Assembly (NCBI GenBank): GCA_013265495.1
Contig: MU063315.1
Location: forward strand, 434,001 to 498,000
Origin: Vicugna vicugna
Lineage: Eukaryota
Reading direction: 5' to 3'
Length of the DNA stretch: 64,000 nucleotides
Below are positions 1 to 13,834 of this stretch, piece by piece; positions within the stretch are counted from its first letter, which is position 1, and each line of letters starts with the position of its first letter. A program made the position numbers and the translations under genes. The notes beneath the pieces are model-generated. The model was not told the DNA's origin and searched no databases. It saw only the letters and a list, made by a program, of their open reading frames with translations.

Positions 1-722
1 ATTTATTGAACACATTGGAAGCCAAGATGGAAGATACCCTATTCTGTTTTCATACTGTAAAGTTTAGAAGTAGTGATGAAGTATCTTGAGAACACAACGA
101 CATAGGTTCTTAACATTTTTGGAAGAAGAAGAAGAAAAAAAAAACTCCTAAACCAAAGCAACACAAAACCCAAACCCCAAAAACACCACCAAAGACCAAG
201 CAGAGATGAGTCTTGCCCTGTGTTGACATTATTTAGAAACTCATTAGTTAGAGTTTTCTGGTTTAGATTAAGGAAAAGCACTAAGAGAAACGAAGAGTTT
301 TAGACCAACTTCCACCTAATTCTGTGCTACCTTTTTGTTCTTGGATACGTGGTGACATCTTTTAGTCTCTTTCTGGCTAAGACTTCTCTCTCTCTCCACC
401 TCAAATCACAGTTAATTGGGACCTTGCTCAGGACTTTCTGGGAATATCTGGAGGATTGACTGAAAATGCCCGGTAGAAAAACTGGGGACTCTTAACTGAG
501 TTTGGTGGTGGGGGCAGGGATATAGGCTGATTTCTCTCTGAGATCGAAAGATTTTCGTGATTAGCCCAGGTGTTGGGAAGGCTTCTGTTTGTAAGGGAAT
601 TCTCTGTTGCATAAACGATGCCACCAAGATGGGGAATGCATGGGGATGTGACCCCTCCTCAGATCAACTTTTTGAGATGGCTTTTGAGGGGTGTACCCGT
701 GCTGACTTTGTGATGCATGTAC

Positions 723-849
723 CTGTGAGGTCATCAGTGGGCCAGGACCCCAGCTGGCATGCCTTGCAGGTGTACTCATCGAACACATACTCGTTCTCTT
801 TACAAGGTGTGCAGGTCCAGCAACAGCTGACTTCTCCCTTCCGGATCAC
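723..849 (-). CDS. GRM5: GRM5 internal coding exon (coding exon 6, approx. V522-G564), cysteine-rich domain
   Basis: Translates VIRKGEVSCCWTCTPCKENEYVFDEYTCKACQLGSWPTDDLT(G), the class C GPCR cysteine-rich pattern. Acceptor ttgccttag| and donor CAG|GTACAT; 127 nt, phase 0 to 1. Confidence 0.98.
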
Positions 850-3599
850 CTAAGGCAAATAGTCAACATTTTAATCATTCTTTTCACGTAGATAAAAATG
901 CAGCATTATCCAAACGTCCTGCTTTACAAAGCAGAAAGGGTTTTCACGGAAACACTTTCCAATGTTTCCAGATAGGCCGTGTGAGGATTAATATTCTCAC
1001 TTTATAATTAAAGCAACAGGCTGAGCTTCAGCAACCAGTCAAACATCATAAAATCAGTCGGTGACAGGGCCAAGAATGAAATTGAGGGCAAGTCTTTGGA
1101 TAGTTAGTTTTAGGTACTTGAACTTATTCAAGTGTCCGTGTCTGTACTCATATGTTAATACATGTACATTTCCTTGTGTGGCTGTAACTGAATTTTTCCC
1201 AGTCTGTGCCTTTCTTTGCCTCAAATAAAGAACTTTTGCTCTCTGGATTTACCTTGGCCTCCTTTCACTAGTTGAATAACTGTTAACTAAAAGAAAAAAC
1301 ATGGTATATCTGCTGCCCATATGAATAAAAATAACTAGAAATTTGCTTTGAATTAAGAGGCAGAAGATGAAGTTGTTTTCTGGAAATCATCTCTCAGACT
1401 GTTTCTGTGAAAAACCTGGTTCAAAAATTCAGCCCGTTGCTTCCTGTTCTGGTAGTTTTGACTTGCTTGGGATGAAGGTGGGTAAGGTCACTGAGTCTAT
1501 CAGGCACCTCTTTGTCTGTCTGGTTTTTTTAAGGCGATGGAAAATGAATGAAATAATTTAACAGTTGAAAGAGTCCCAGATGTTATTCTTTAGGAATGGA
1601 TGTTTCTTATGTTTTTTCCACCACTGGCTCATGAATAGCCTCTCTGGAATAGAGACAGCATTCATTAAACATTCCTATAAATAATTAGAACTGTGATTAA
1701 TAGCCAGCAGTAACCAGACACAGCAATGATTACACTTCACAGTCCTCGCCTTAGATGCTGACTCTGTTAACGACCTCTGATAATAATGTCTAGATATCCA
1801 CAGCCAAGTACAGTTGTAGGCTGCCAGCCCTTTCTTATATTTTATACTACACTTTGTGCTGACTCCTGACACTATGACAATACAAGTAGGGAATGATGAC
1901 AAAAGGGCTTGAAACGTCCTTTCCCAAAAATAAACAGATAAATGAGGCAACATTGCTAATTAGACCTGCTCCATCTATCTAAAGCATTCTTCCTAATAAT
2001 ACGGACTCTTTACTGGTGATTTAGTGCATGCCCTATGCTGTTGTCTCATTAAAACATTGAAACCACTCTGTATAAAGTAACTGGTTGTATTTTATTCATT
2101 TTTTTTTAGGGAAGAAAATGAAGGCTTAGTGAGTTCATATAGCACTGGGTAAAGGAGGAATCAAACAAAGCTTGTTGTACTTGGAGGCCATGCTCATAAA
2201 TAGTGAGCCTTATTGGTCTGCACAGAGTTCATGATATTTTAAAAGATGTAAAGGAAAGAATACTGGCTGGGGAATCAAGGGGCACCGGGGTTCTAGTCCT
2301 ACCTACAGCCACCAGATGATTGTGCAGCCTTGAACTATCTCCCAGCTGATCCTATTTTTTGAAACCGGGACTAATACTTTTTTAGATAACACCTACCTTT
2401 ATAGAGTTTCCTGAGGATTAAATAGAATATCACAATGATTTGTAAACTTCTCTAAAATATTAACTATTTTAATAGTATTATACTAAATATTAACTCTAAA
2501 TATTAACTGTTTTAATAGTGCATATTAACTATTTTAATAGAGTATATATATATATATGTATGTAAATATCCATATAGAGAAATGAATTTCATTTTCAGGG
2601 TAATTTCAGCTACACTTGGTAAAACTGTCACTGGACAATTCCTAGATTTTTGTCGTACAAGCAGCACATTTCCTATGCTGCTTTCTTAGCAGGCCCAGCA
2701 AACAAAAGCAGCTGCATTTTTTTCTCTTAGATGTGCGCTGACTTTCTGTGATTCAATGCTCATTGGTTTGTGGATTTCGGATTTTTACCAGAATAAGCTC
2801 ATGCCCTTTTTCAAGATTAATTCCAATATTACAATCATGTTTTGGAATCAATAGTGACAACTTAATGTGTCTTCTTCTGATCATTCAGAGCTGATTTGTT
2901 TTACTTTTTTTCACTCGCTATATATGCTCTGTTTCATACTCATTTTGAATAGAAGAGGTGGTGACAGTTCTCTTTCAGAGTGATTTCCATTCTTTCTGGA
3001 CACCCTAGCCATAGTGGTGCTTTCTTTATGAATAACAATGTGAAATACATTTGAACTTTTTTGCCAGACTACGTGTCCTTTCATGGACACTAAGTTAACA
3101 AAGCTGAACAAATGCCATGTGGTGTGGATATCATTCATGAAGTCGTTCAGTGACAATCTTAAACCATATTAAGAAAATGTAGCCAATTGTACATTTAATG
3201 GAATGAAAATGAGATCTGGTTAGGAAAACAACTCTGGATTAAAAAAAAGACTATATAAACATTATTACAAATTAGCTAGAATTAAAAATACGATAATAGG
3301 GAATCAAATGCTTCCTAGGAATTCAGTAAGTTATTCCCAGGAGAAGTGGGTAGAAAAGTATATGTAAAGAAATCTTTTGAAACAGACATTCAACCTTTTG
3401 AAGTTACAGGTTCACACTGCATTGCTGTGAAGGGTCAAAACAGACAACTTCCATGTGGTAATTTACACAAGCTAATTTTTCCACAGGAAGAACTGAAAAT
3501 TATGAACAACTGGTATTCTGAATGAGTCAAAAAAGAATTTCACATGAAGAGTTTAACTTCAGGATGATTGGCCAAGATGCAGACTGTCACTGAATATTA

Positions 3600-3680
3600 A
3601 GAGTCAGCAACCTTTTTCTGCAAAGGCCCATAGTGAATATTTCAGCCCTTGTGGTTGGTGGCCAGGGCTGATTGCAGCTA
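3600..3680 (+). mobile_element. MER58-like 5' fragment
   Basis: gagtcagcaacctttttctgcaaaggcccatagtgaatatttcagcc resembles the MER58 left end. Confidence 0.55.
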
Positions 3681-4462
3681 CCGCTGTAATGTTTTTCTCA
3701 AATACTTCCCCTGCCCGCTTTCCATTCTCACTGTTTCTTCTGTAATTTGGGGCCCTTGTTACCACTATCAGAGCATCCTTCTAACTTGTCTCTTCTTTCT
3801 TTATTCATAACTTTACTCATGAATCTTTACCTGCTGTAGTCCAGCTTATGTCAACATTTCGGTCAAAAGTATTCTCAGACTCCTGGCTAATAAAACTTAA
3901 GTTCAACCTGTTTAACATGGCATACAAAACTCTCCACAAATATGGCTTCAACCTATCATTTCAGCTTTCTCTTTTAAAATAACCATCTAGAGCAACACAC
4001 CCTGGATTATTCACTGTTATTCCAGAACAGACAATAAATCTTCTGATAGTAAATGTGTCTTGTTTACTTTTGCCCCATCAATGTAAACTATTCCATTAGT
4101 AGGGGTTTGATAAATATTTGTTAAGTTCATTAGAAATTGATGTGATTTCCAACTGTGAATTATTTATTCCCAGGAAGCATGTCTTTAAAGGCTTCCATGA
4201 GTAGAAAGGGAGCGAGCATGACTTATCAAGTGGTTTCGAACTGCACTCACGCACATTTTAAATTAAATTTTCCCAATATCCCAGTAGGTGAGTCCAACTA
4301 CTGAGACCATTGTGGGTCTTACTAGATATCGTAATTAGTGAGAAAAAAACTTAAAATTTTTTTTCTGACATTAGAAGCCTACAGTGGAAAAGGTAAAACA
4401 AATATCTGCAACTTTTTAAAAATGACAATGCTTTTGAATTTACAACAAAAATGAAAGCATCA

Positions 4463-4672
<210 letters not shown>

Positions 4673-7020
4673 TCAGCTAAAAGTATAAATATTCAGCTAT
4701 GAAAAAGCAGTAGACTTCAGTCCTCCAGTGTACCTGTCGTCTAATATATTAGTGACACCGGAATTCTCCATGACAGTACACTTAGAATAACAAAAACCCT
4801 GTCTGTTTCACTTTCTCATCAGAGACTTTTTTTTTTAAACTTTCAGGCTTACACCTGAAATAGAAAATGATCCCATGTGAGAAGGTGACTTGACCTCAGC
4901 AGGATGAAAGACAGTTCTGAAATAACTTCAAGTAGTTTAAATAAGAACCACTGTTAGGCTTCCAAAAAAGACAGCAAAGTTTTCGTCTCCACCCCAATAA
5001 AATGATACATTTTCCTTTGCCAACCAAGTGAGAAATTTGGTAAACCTTTCATCTTGTCTTCAGCTGTAGGGAACGTGGCGGTAATTTGGGTAGGGCCTGA
5101 CTTTATCTTTCTTATTTTGCCCTTTATCAGTGGTTAAACTCATTGTATAAAGGTACTTTCAGGAGCAATGTTTAAAATAATTCCGAAAAGCTTCTAAAGC
5201 ATCTCATGCAGTGTAAAAATGCTAGAAAACACTCGGACCTTGTGAGTTCTCAGCCTTCATTGTCTATTATTATTTTGAGTAGAAGGATGGAGATGTAAAG
5301 AGGGAAAAGTAATGTGATTATTTACAAGATTTTTCTTACATATAAAAACATTTGCAGAGAAGCCCTTCTGACATAATTTTCCAATCTGAGGACATCGGAT
5401 GAGCGATACCCCCACTGTCAACTCCGATAGTCATCTCTGTACATATGTCCTAGGTGTTAAATGTCTTCACACAGTGCCCTATGTTTTACTTCCTAAGACT
5501 TTTAAAGGATTGGTAGATGGGCTCTTATAAGTGGCTCCTCGAATCTCCATGCTCAGCATATTTAGCTGTCTGAAAATTAACGTGTATAGAAACCTTTCTG
5601 GTCTTGGAGTTCAAGTGACTAGATTGCTGTACTCAGACCAATGCTCAGCACAAAAGCACTAAGAACAAACCAGACACCAATGTTTGGACCTCCATTGTAA
5701 AATGATACCATTCTGTTTTCACTCCTAATCACAGTTTTTACTGTGGTGTCTTCTCCAGAATGTCAACTTGTTCATAAGTTTGGTTGGCTCTTCAGTGGTA
5801 TAAGGATTATCTGACAGTGTTTTATTTGCAGTCGGTAACAATTCTGAGTAACTGCCTAAATTCCACTTCTACATCAAAAGTACCAATCTGTGGGACACAG
5901 AACGGCGTTCGGCACCGTTCCATTCTGTCACAGATAGCCAGTGGCTCCTAAACATGCACTGAGTTGAGACATTAGAGCACTAGGGTAAAAGGAACTCATA
6001 TATTATGTCATTGGCCACTTCAAATGGGCTCCATGGGCGTCTAAGGCTTCCAGAGGTGACTGCCTGTGGACAAATATCCTTTGAGTATTCTAGGCTGGGA
6101 GGAAGAAAGAACTGACAGTGTCAGGAAGGTCTTTTCTTTGCTGCTACTGATTTGAAGACATATGAAGAAGGATTCATGGCTCACCCCCAAATGAGCCATC
6201 AACCCATTTCTACCAGTTGTTTACTTTGACACCGTCTAGTCCACACTGTTAATTTTATAGAAGATGGAACTGAATCTGGGTGAGGTAATGAATGATATCA
6301 GATTGGAGAGTATGCAAGTCTAAACTCAGCCCTTAGATGTTAAGTCTGCTGTTCGTTCTTCTCCATGAGACTGCTCCAGATGTACTCGACAGAGCTAGGA
6401 GATCGATTTCCACTGCTTAACCATTGCAGACATCTGTTCGATATAGGTGGAATAGTAAGAAGTCAAGGGATCCAGTTTTTGAAAAATAACTATGATAACT
6501 CAATAGAATGGAAAATGTCATATTTGGCAGGGAAGTGATTTCAAGAAAAGTTAAACCTTAATTTTGGTTCAAACCAGTCAACCTACTCCAAATTTATTAG
6601 AGATAATGGGATTAGCCTTTAGATTTCTGGTAATTATTTCTTACCTACCAGACAACAACAGAGACATTATCACTAGCAGTTATAGCTGTGAAAAAACATT
6701 ATTGTAAAAATCTTTGGTAGCAGTGCATTAAAAAAGAAACGGCTAAGAATAATTCTCCATAAAAGAAGATTCCTTTCCTCTTTTCTTGTCAATTGATATG
6801 AATTCTTTGAACTTTCAGAGATAGGATATAGATTTTATTCTCCATCAAAAGTGGGAGTAAGTGAGTGTTTGAAAAATAAGCTTATTTAAATTGTAGGGAA
6901 GAATTAAAGCACATGATGGCTTCCTGCGTTTGTTACCCATCGTTTAATTCTCTCACATTCCTTTTTTTTTAAATAAAGCAATACTTTCTTTTTTCCATAT
7001 TTATTCATTTTACATTGTCT

Positions 7021-7151
7021 TTTTTGGGGGGAGGTAATTAGGTTTACATGTATGTATGTATGTATGTATTTTTAAACAGAGGTCATGGGGATTGAACCCA
7101 GGACCTTGTGCATGCTAAGCACACACTCTACCACTGAGCTATACCCTCCCC
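7021..7151 (-). mobile_element. tRNA-Ala-derived SINE (camelid Vic-1-like)
   Basis: Reverse complement GGGGAGGGTATAGCTCAGTGGTAGAG...CTTAGCATGCACAAGGTCCTGGGTTCAATCCCC has an A box, a B box and an AGC anticodon arm, followed by a (CATA)n tail, an AAACCTAATTACCTCCCCCC module and an A tail. Confidence 0.9.
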
Positions 7152-7809
7152 TCTTCTCTCATTCCTGTTCTTGCTGTTGCCCTCTTGCTCTCTCACCCTC
7201 TTTCTTTGAGCCTCTTGGTTTGTTTCTACATCTCTTCCTCTGGATCTCCTCTCTCATCACTGCATGTGGGCATGTGTGTGGGTATGTGTAATCTGTCCTC
7301 TTTAATACCTCTTACTTCTTCCACCTTTCTCTCTGCTTCCCCATGTCTGTCTCTTCCTTAACTGGCCACAGTTATTGTTGAAATATGCTGAAAATCTGTT
7401 TCAATTTTCTACAGTGTTCAAAAACAAAATAAAACAGATAAAATGTATTGTAACCAAAAAGAAAAAAAAGCTCTGTTAAAACACTGAATAGAAACTGAAT
7501 AGAAAAGGGTTCAGTTGAACAGAACTAAAGAACTGCCTAAGTGGTTCTCACTCTGAAAGTCAGAGCAGGGTTGCGCAGGAGATAGTGAGGATCTCTTTAC
7601 CTAATGGGCTGAAGCAAGGTTGTTGTCAGGGGAACTGGAACATCATTTGGGGGAGGGAGCTGTGGAAGGTATTAGATTTAAATGGCCCGAATGGTCCTCT
7701 CAGTCTATGATCTGAGGCTAAGGTGCTTTTTGAAGTCTTCCTGCGGATAGAGTCACATATTAAGAATCTGTGTGCAAACCAGCTTAGTATCTGCCAATTT
7801 CTAGTGGTC

Positions 7810-8135
7810 TAGCCTTATTTTCTACTTGTCACATCTGTTTTTGCCCCTCTTTTCCTGCCTTATTTTGGATTAACCATTTTTTTTTCTTTTAGTATTTCTC
7901 TTTTGGCTTTTTAGCTCTTTCTCTTGTATTAAAATTTTAGTTGCTCAAGGGATTTAATATGCATTCTTATCTTACTCTACTTAGAGTAATGTTGTGTCAC
8001 TTAATGTAAAACAGAAGAACCTTGCCCTGCATAATTTTATACCCCACTCCTATATGCCATGTTGTCAAATATTTTACATCCCCATACTTATAAACAATGT
8101 AATGTTAACATTTTTGCCTTAAATAGTTAATTTAC
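7810..8135 (-). mobile_element. Ancient L1M fragment
   Basis: T-rich antisense L1-like text (ttttcctgccttattttggattaaccatt...tattttacatccccatac). Confidence 0.45.
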
Positions 8136-8239
8136 GTAGTTTGATGTTTACTCTGCATGTTTCCTCTGCCCAATTATGGTCAGTCCCGGGCAGCAGCAAG
8201 GCCTCTTAAATCTTAGCTCTCAAAGGACTCTCTGTAAAT

Positions 8240-8461
8240 CAGGAGTCAGGAGACATTTGCTATAAAGGAGCAGACAGTAAATGTTTTGGGCTTTGTGAGA
8301 TGGTCTCTGTTGAAACTACTCAACCCTGTTGGCTGCGTAGTGTGAAACAGCCACAGACAGTATCTGTGTAGATGAGTGTGACTGTGTCCCAATAAAACCT
8401 TGTTTACAAAAATAGATAGCACCCCTGATTTGGCCTGCGGACCATAGTTGGCCGACCTGTG
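8240..8461 (+). mobile_element. MER58A-like hAT-Charlie MITE, near full length
   Basis: Termini caggagtcagg...gccgacctgtg and internal aaagg..cagacagtaaat...ccaataaaac match the MER58A consensus as I recall it. Confidence 0.8.
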
Positions 8462-8499
8462 ATGGATCCCATCAGTGGTAAATGGTAAAGGTTCATATT

Positions 8500-8820
8500 T
8501 CTTACCTATAATCCTGAAATCCTTAGAGCTCTGAAAACCCTAAAGTTTTTTCATAACTCCCTTGGCTGCAAACCATGAGCCATTCTGAACTAAACCAGTA
8601 AGAGAACTTCACCATCACTGTCAGGAGACTGTTTATACCCTATTCATCATACATGCAAATATTGATACGTCTTATAGCAGAAGTGGCAACGCGTGGATTA
8701 AGAATTGCTGCCCCACAGCATGCTGGAGGTGTTACATGACCATATAACATTTTGTAATAATAAAAATTCAGAATTCTGTAACACACTTTGGCACCAAGGG
8801 TTTCATTAAAGAATTGGGGG
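8500..8820. mobile_element. Ancient non-autonomous DNA transposon relic, family unassigned
   Basis: Sequence style resembles old Tigger-class MITEs; the family could not be fixed by eye. Confidence 0.35.
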
Positions 8821-9147
8821 CTGATAGTAGTCTAATTAGATCTGAGGTTTAAAAATGATCGTTAAATTGGGCTCTCTAGCAAGCCACAGGTACGTGTGCT
8901 GGAGTAAGTTGCCACCTTTCCCAGCTTCCTCTGGTTAGGAGCTTCCTATTGTGACTCTGACATTTTAGGGGAACCCCTTGTGACCCTAGTCTCCTCAGGT
9001 TCATGGCCCAGGTTGGAATGTCTTTGATTCAGCTGAGTAACTTTTACTCCAGAGAAATAGCAACATAGTGCCTAAACATAGAATTCTCAGAGAGCAGGGG
9101 CCTTTTTGATTTTGATGCTGTAATTGGCAGCTGTTGAACAAGGTTAG

Positions 9148-9360
9148 GAGTTGAAGTCCCGGAGATTGAGTTAGAATCTCGATTCCATCATGTGTCTTAG
9201 ATTGTGTCTTTGGGCAAGTCATTTCACTTTGGCAAGCCTCAGTTTCTGAGCCTTGAGCTGGAAAACAGAATGATGATATTACATATCTCCTAGGATTAAA
9301 ATACAGAGGATTTAGGTAAGTGCTTGGCTCAGAATACACACTCAATAGATACCAGTTATA
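9148..9360 (+). mobile_element. MIR
   Basis: tgtgtctttgggcaagtcatttcactttggcaagcctcagtttc MIR core. Confidence 0.7.
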
Positions 9361-11151
9361 ATTATTTTGTAACTATAACTGGATTAATTGGAAAAACAAA
9401 TAAGATGCAAGCCACCTTTTCTTGAGTATGGCTCATGCCCTCAGAGGCCAATTCTGATCATTTATTAATGAGTTAGTGTAATATCCAATCTTAGAAAATG
9501 CACGAAAAGTCTGTAAACAACTATGAGTTCCCAGAAATTGTTTGCAAAATTTATGTATGTTGTCCTTTAGAGAATATTTATAAATTTCATCTAAGTCTTA
9601 AAGAGATTCGTGTGCCAAAAAATGGTTAAGAACCAATGTCCTAAATGTACCCAATCCCATCATCTTTGGAGGATTGTCAACAAGATAGTGATGTTCTGTC
9701 TGATCTATTAAGGTTTCCCCCTGGAATAGAGCTGAGCCATCTGAGTCATTTCTTCACTCTCTGGCTTGCAGAACTAACTTGGGTACAGGACATGAAAATT
9801 ATTTGAACTGATGGAGCTACAGTCAACCAAGTTTATGAACAAATCCCAAGCTGACGTCAGTGCTCTAGGAATGCACAGATAATAAACCCGTATGCAGATA
9901 AAAGAGCTGGGTCTTGACCTGAGCCTAAAGACTGAGCACGTTTGTTGACCTGCCCGAAGAAGCCTTACAACAAATGTGCAGCTCTCTTTGGCCCTGGGAA
10001 AGTGCTTGTATTCCATGTCCCCTCCCATGAATATACTGAATAGCCAAAAAGTAGAAAACTATATACGAAAAGTCTTATCTTGGCAAACAGCCTGGTTGGA
10101 GCAATACTCTTAAACTCTCCAGAACAGAGGAAATATTCAGCTTTCCTCTTGGCTGCCTGGCTTGGAACTAGCTGTCACTTAGAAGCTCAGCTTGTGAGAT
10201 ACTAACAGCTGCATAAGGGACAAACTCCAGCTCACACCAGGAACATGGAAACAAGCTAGACCGTGGTGGCTGGTACAATGTGTGGGCACATGGCATGTGA
10301 GTCACGCAGGGATCATGGGACCTTCTCTTGGCAGAGTCAGCTGCAAACAGAGTAGAAACACACCCTTTCTAGGCACACCTGTCAAGCTCTTGCTGGGAGA
10401 ATACCTGGGATTTTACAGTGGGACACCAAAGGACGTTGACTGTTCTAACACAAGGCAGAGTGAAGACCCAGCCTTGCAACAACTTAGAATGTCATTTCAA
10501 TGAAATTATCTCTCGTGGGTTTAAAGTCTCATGTGAAGAATCACTTAAGAGTTTAGAGTCTGAGATAAATGTGAATGCTGGTAAGTTCTGGGTACTTAAT
10601 GACTTCCCTGGAGGCTGACCTATAATTATGAATAAGTTCATATTTCTTAGGCTTCTCTCTATAAATAATGAAAGGTAAAGTTTCAGAGAAGAAGGCAATT
10701 TAGTCCTCAAGAAAGGAGAAAGTGTTCCAGCTGGAGGATACTAAAATAAAATAAGATTTGTAAATTACTGTAGGTACAACAAACAGCCCTGTTTCTGGAT
10801 TGCTGGACATGGAATTGTTCCTGTTTCAAAATAGTTCTAGGACCCAGGAAGAGATCAGGATACAGGGAGTAACACGGCAAACATGTACAGGGAAACCATA
10901 GCGTTGGCTTTTAATCATCTATGACAGTGTGAGGCTCCTGCTCCTAAGCTTGGGTCTCTGGAATGCAGTGGTGATTCCAGGGGTACATTTTGGACATCAG
11001 CATTAGTACCTCTTCCTGGCCACAGGAAGTGGGGCTTCCTTTGTCTGTCTTTACTCACTTCGGGATGTCAGAGCTAGCCAAACATGTCCAGGAGCCTAGA
11101 AACCACCAAGGAGAGAAACAGGCTCCTCATGATGGAGAGAGGGCTCGATCA

Positions 11152-11454
<303 letters not shown>

Positions 11455-11959
11455 TTAACTTTCAGATTTAATTTTACTATAGCCACACCTATGGATTCTG
11501 AATAATTACTCTTGGAGTAATGGATCAGAGTTAGAACCAGAGGAAATATTAAGATACAGGTGCCAACATGGTATGCCTAATAGTTGTCTTCGATTTCTAG
11601 ATTTCTTCCCCCCAAGACCTTAAAGAAAGACCTGAATTCCCAACAGTAACAAGATTCACTTCCTCTGTTACCAAACTCTGGGGCTCGATGTAGGAAAGCA
11701 CTCTATTTCTGTACCACAACATTTATCTTAAGGACAGATTAATCTCCCAAGTATTTAGCTGTGATATTATACCTCCTTGATTTAGAAACCAACAACAAAT
11801 CTCCAGTCTCCAAATTATAAAGTATTCTTAGCTGAGCAAATAGATCCCCTACCGTCTTGCCTCAACTTATCTATTTGGATTTATCACCCACCACTTCCAG
11901 CTTCACAGGACATTGGCTCCATAAACTGACCTATTTGGAAATTCTGAACTATAATGTTT

Positions 11960-12780
11960 AAGTTCCATTCATAGTTAGTTAAATAAACTTATTGGAATCT
12001 GAGTATACATAAAGGTCTGTGTATGATGATCCAGGGAAACACAAAGATGAATTGGACATGAATTCCACACATAAGAAGAAACTTATTCAGTAATAGAGAT
12101 AAATTATATAACTATAGTGAAAGATAGAAGGTGATAAATCCATAATAGATGTGGAGTTAAAATCTATAGAGGTCCAAAGAGGGAGAGACTCCTTCCAAAG
12201 AAGGGATCTGGGGAATGTTTCATTAAAGAACTAACATTTGGTATGAGTTATTGATTAAACAAACATGGAGTGCTTGTTACTTCTGGCTGCTCCTGATCTT
12301 ATTTTCATTTAAAAATTTTTACGTTAAGAATAGAAAATAGAATGAGAGTAGGGAAACCTAGAGAAAAATGAAATAGGTTGTTAAGAGATGATGGTGGGTT
12401 AGTCCAGGGTAGGGTTCTAATTATACTTTGAAAGCAGGAAGAATAGGATATGCTAATGGATTGGATGTGAGATGTTAAGGAAAAAGGAGCATCAAGGATT
12501 AACTCAGGTTTTCATTTTTAAGCAACTAGATGGATTAGACATTGAGTGTGAGAAATAGGTTGGTGGAGGTGTGGATCAAAAGTGCTGTCTGACACGTTAA
12601 ATGGGGAGGTCAGTCATTGGCCAATGTAATTGACCAGGCAAGAGATATTGGTGGCTTAGAGCAGAGTGATGGTCATGATGGTGAGAAGTGTTCAGATTCA
12701 GCACACACTGTGAAAATAGAACTGACATGACCAGCTGACTGACTGGAGCTATTTCAGATATCAGACTTCTTTCTGAGTTC
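11960..12780 (-). mobile_element. L2 relic
   Basis: aaataaacttattggaatctgagtatacata... through aagcaactagatggatt...ttagagcagagtgatgg, typical antisense L2. Confidence 0.55.
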
Positions 12781-13834
12781 CTGATCATTCCTTTAAAAAA
12801 ACGTAGAGATGCTAGACTAATTTTACTGGCTGTATAGTGTTCCATTGTGTGGATGTAACATGATTTATTTTTACTAGTTTCAAAATGTCTTGACAATTTT
12901 TTGCTTGGGTTACTGCAACAGCCTCCTAACAGATCTTACTGCCTATAATCTTGCCCCACTCAAATCTGTGTATTTCCAGTGTAGATACATAATGAGTAGA
13001 CTTTCTAAAGCACAGAACTGATTTTGTTAGTTTTCTATTAAGACCATTCAGTTGATAACCAAATAATATCCTAAATATTATGTCCTGACCTTTAAGACCT
13101 TTTGTATCCTGCTCTCTATTTGCCTCTGTATTCTGATCCATTCTATCCTATGTACCGGCTATTTGGAACTTCCTGCGGCCATGTAATAAACTCTTCTTTC
13201 CTGTATCTGGGCCTCTGCATTTCACTCCATACACCTGGAACATACTTTCTTGCAGATTTTCTACTGATTAATTTGTGTGTGTCTAGGACTCATCTCCACT
13301 CAGAAGCTGCTAGTGACCCTCCTCCAGTTCAGAATTAAGGTTTGTTCTGTTCTCCTATAGCAGTGGTGCCAATGTTTACCATGCACTAAACATCCTATGA
13401 AGAAATTGCCAGTTTACTTATTTGTCTCTGGTCTAGACTGTAGGCTCTGCTTCGTTCTCTTGTGGCACTGGTGGTGAGCTATGGCTGATTCCTGGTACAC
13501 TGTGGGCTCCCTGAGGGTAAAGATTCTGTGCCATTCAGAGGTAGCCCTTGTACCTACCACAGCATCTGACATGTCACTGGCACTATTAGTACATATTAAG
13601 AATACGAATGAGGCCTGATATGTGACAGGATGTCTCCAAGGGTGTCACCAAAACCAGGTCTGGTCTTCAGATTGTCAAATCAGTTTATCAGTGCAGTCAC
13701 GGCTTCGTAGAACGGCGCTAAACAAAACTAAATATCAGTGCCAATTTACAACAAAATCTGCCAGTGGACCACGCAATTCCATTAAGCAATCTTGTGTGCT
13801 TTCATCATCTAATAAAAGTGCATGGGAAAAGTTC

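Noticed and set aside
557-853. 98-aa plus-strand ORF
   Set aside because: Antisense shadow of the 127-nt GRM5 exon; no recognisable protein features.
6632-6670. Possible recursive splice site TAG|GTAAGA on minus (a similar one near 17777)
   Set aside because: The pyrimidine tracts are only moderate, this intron is short (6.5 kb), and such matches are expected by chance.
7085-7151. tRNA-Ala(AGC) gene
   Set aside because: The anticodon and T arms survive, but the acceptor stem does not pair. It has an A-rich tail, and sister copies have TSDs, so it is a SINE head.
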